Positions 63,696 to 64,000 of a stretch of 64,000 nt of DNA are shown piece by piece. Both the position numbers and the translations under genes were made by a program. The DNA comes from Felis catus (Eukaryota), in NCBI RefSeq assembly GCF_018350175.1, contig NC_058368.1:207144001-207208000 (forward strand), read 5' to 3'. Below the pieces are notes generated by a model that did not search any database, had not been told where the DNA came from, and saw only the letters and a program-made list of their open reading frames with translations. Position 1 is the first letter of the stretch. Every line of letters begins with the position of its first letter.

Positions 63696-64000
63696 ATAAT
63701 ATAATCTTCTTATGTACATACACAAAAATAACACCAATAACACCCACCACCAGTACGGCCATTCATTCTTACAACTCTTTTCTCCTTATGGAAGATTGGA
63801 AATTAGAAATATGTCCCTGCAGTTACCGATTTCCAACCTCGAGTCTGAGAACTTACATTTATCAAGAGTCCCAGAAATTGCCAATTTTCCAACAACATGA
63901 CCTCTCATCAGAGTAGTAAGAATGGAGAGCTACTGCTAAACAGTGCCTGATTTTTTTTTTCTGTAATAGCACATTGCTGGGAAAATGCACTACTCAAGAC

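Overview
This is mammalian genomic DNA, almost certainly felid (cat-type CanSINEs and L1s). It is AT-rich and repeat-dense, and I found no intact host protein-coding exon, rRNA, true tRNA or CRISPR array, so it looks intergenic or deep-intronic. Recognisable content: about 19 CanSINEs; a near full-length young L1 (14.2-19.8 kb, minus; ORF1 intact, ORF2 broken) with extra pieces at both ends inside one 16-bp TSD; two 5'-inverted L1s; several truncated or old L1s; L2 and MIR; MaLR, ERVL and ERV1 LTRs; microsatellites. The most unexpected signal is that much of the apparently unique DNA translates, through stops and frameshifts, into motif runs resembling the RT and post-RT region of RTE-clade LINEs. 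I count roughly 14 such pieces on the minus strand and 2-3 on the plus strand. That call is by-eye comparison with remembered RTE/BovB motifs and needs profile-HMM confirmation. Repeat subfamily names and most boundaries without TSDs are approximate.
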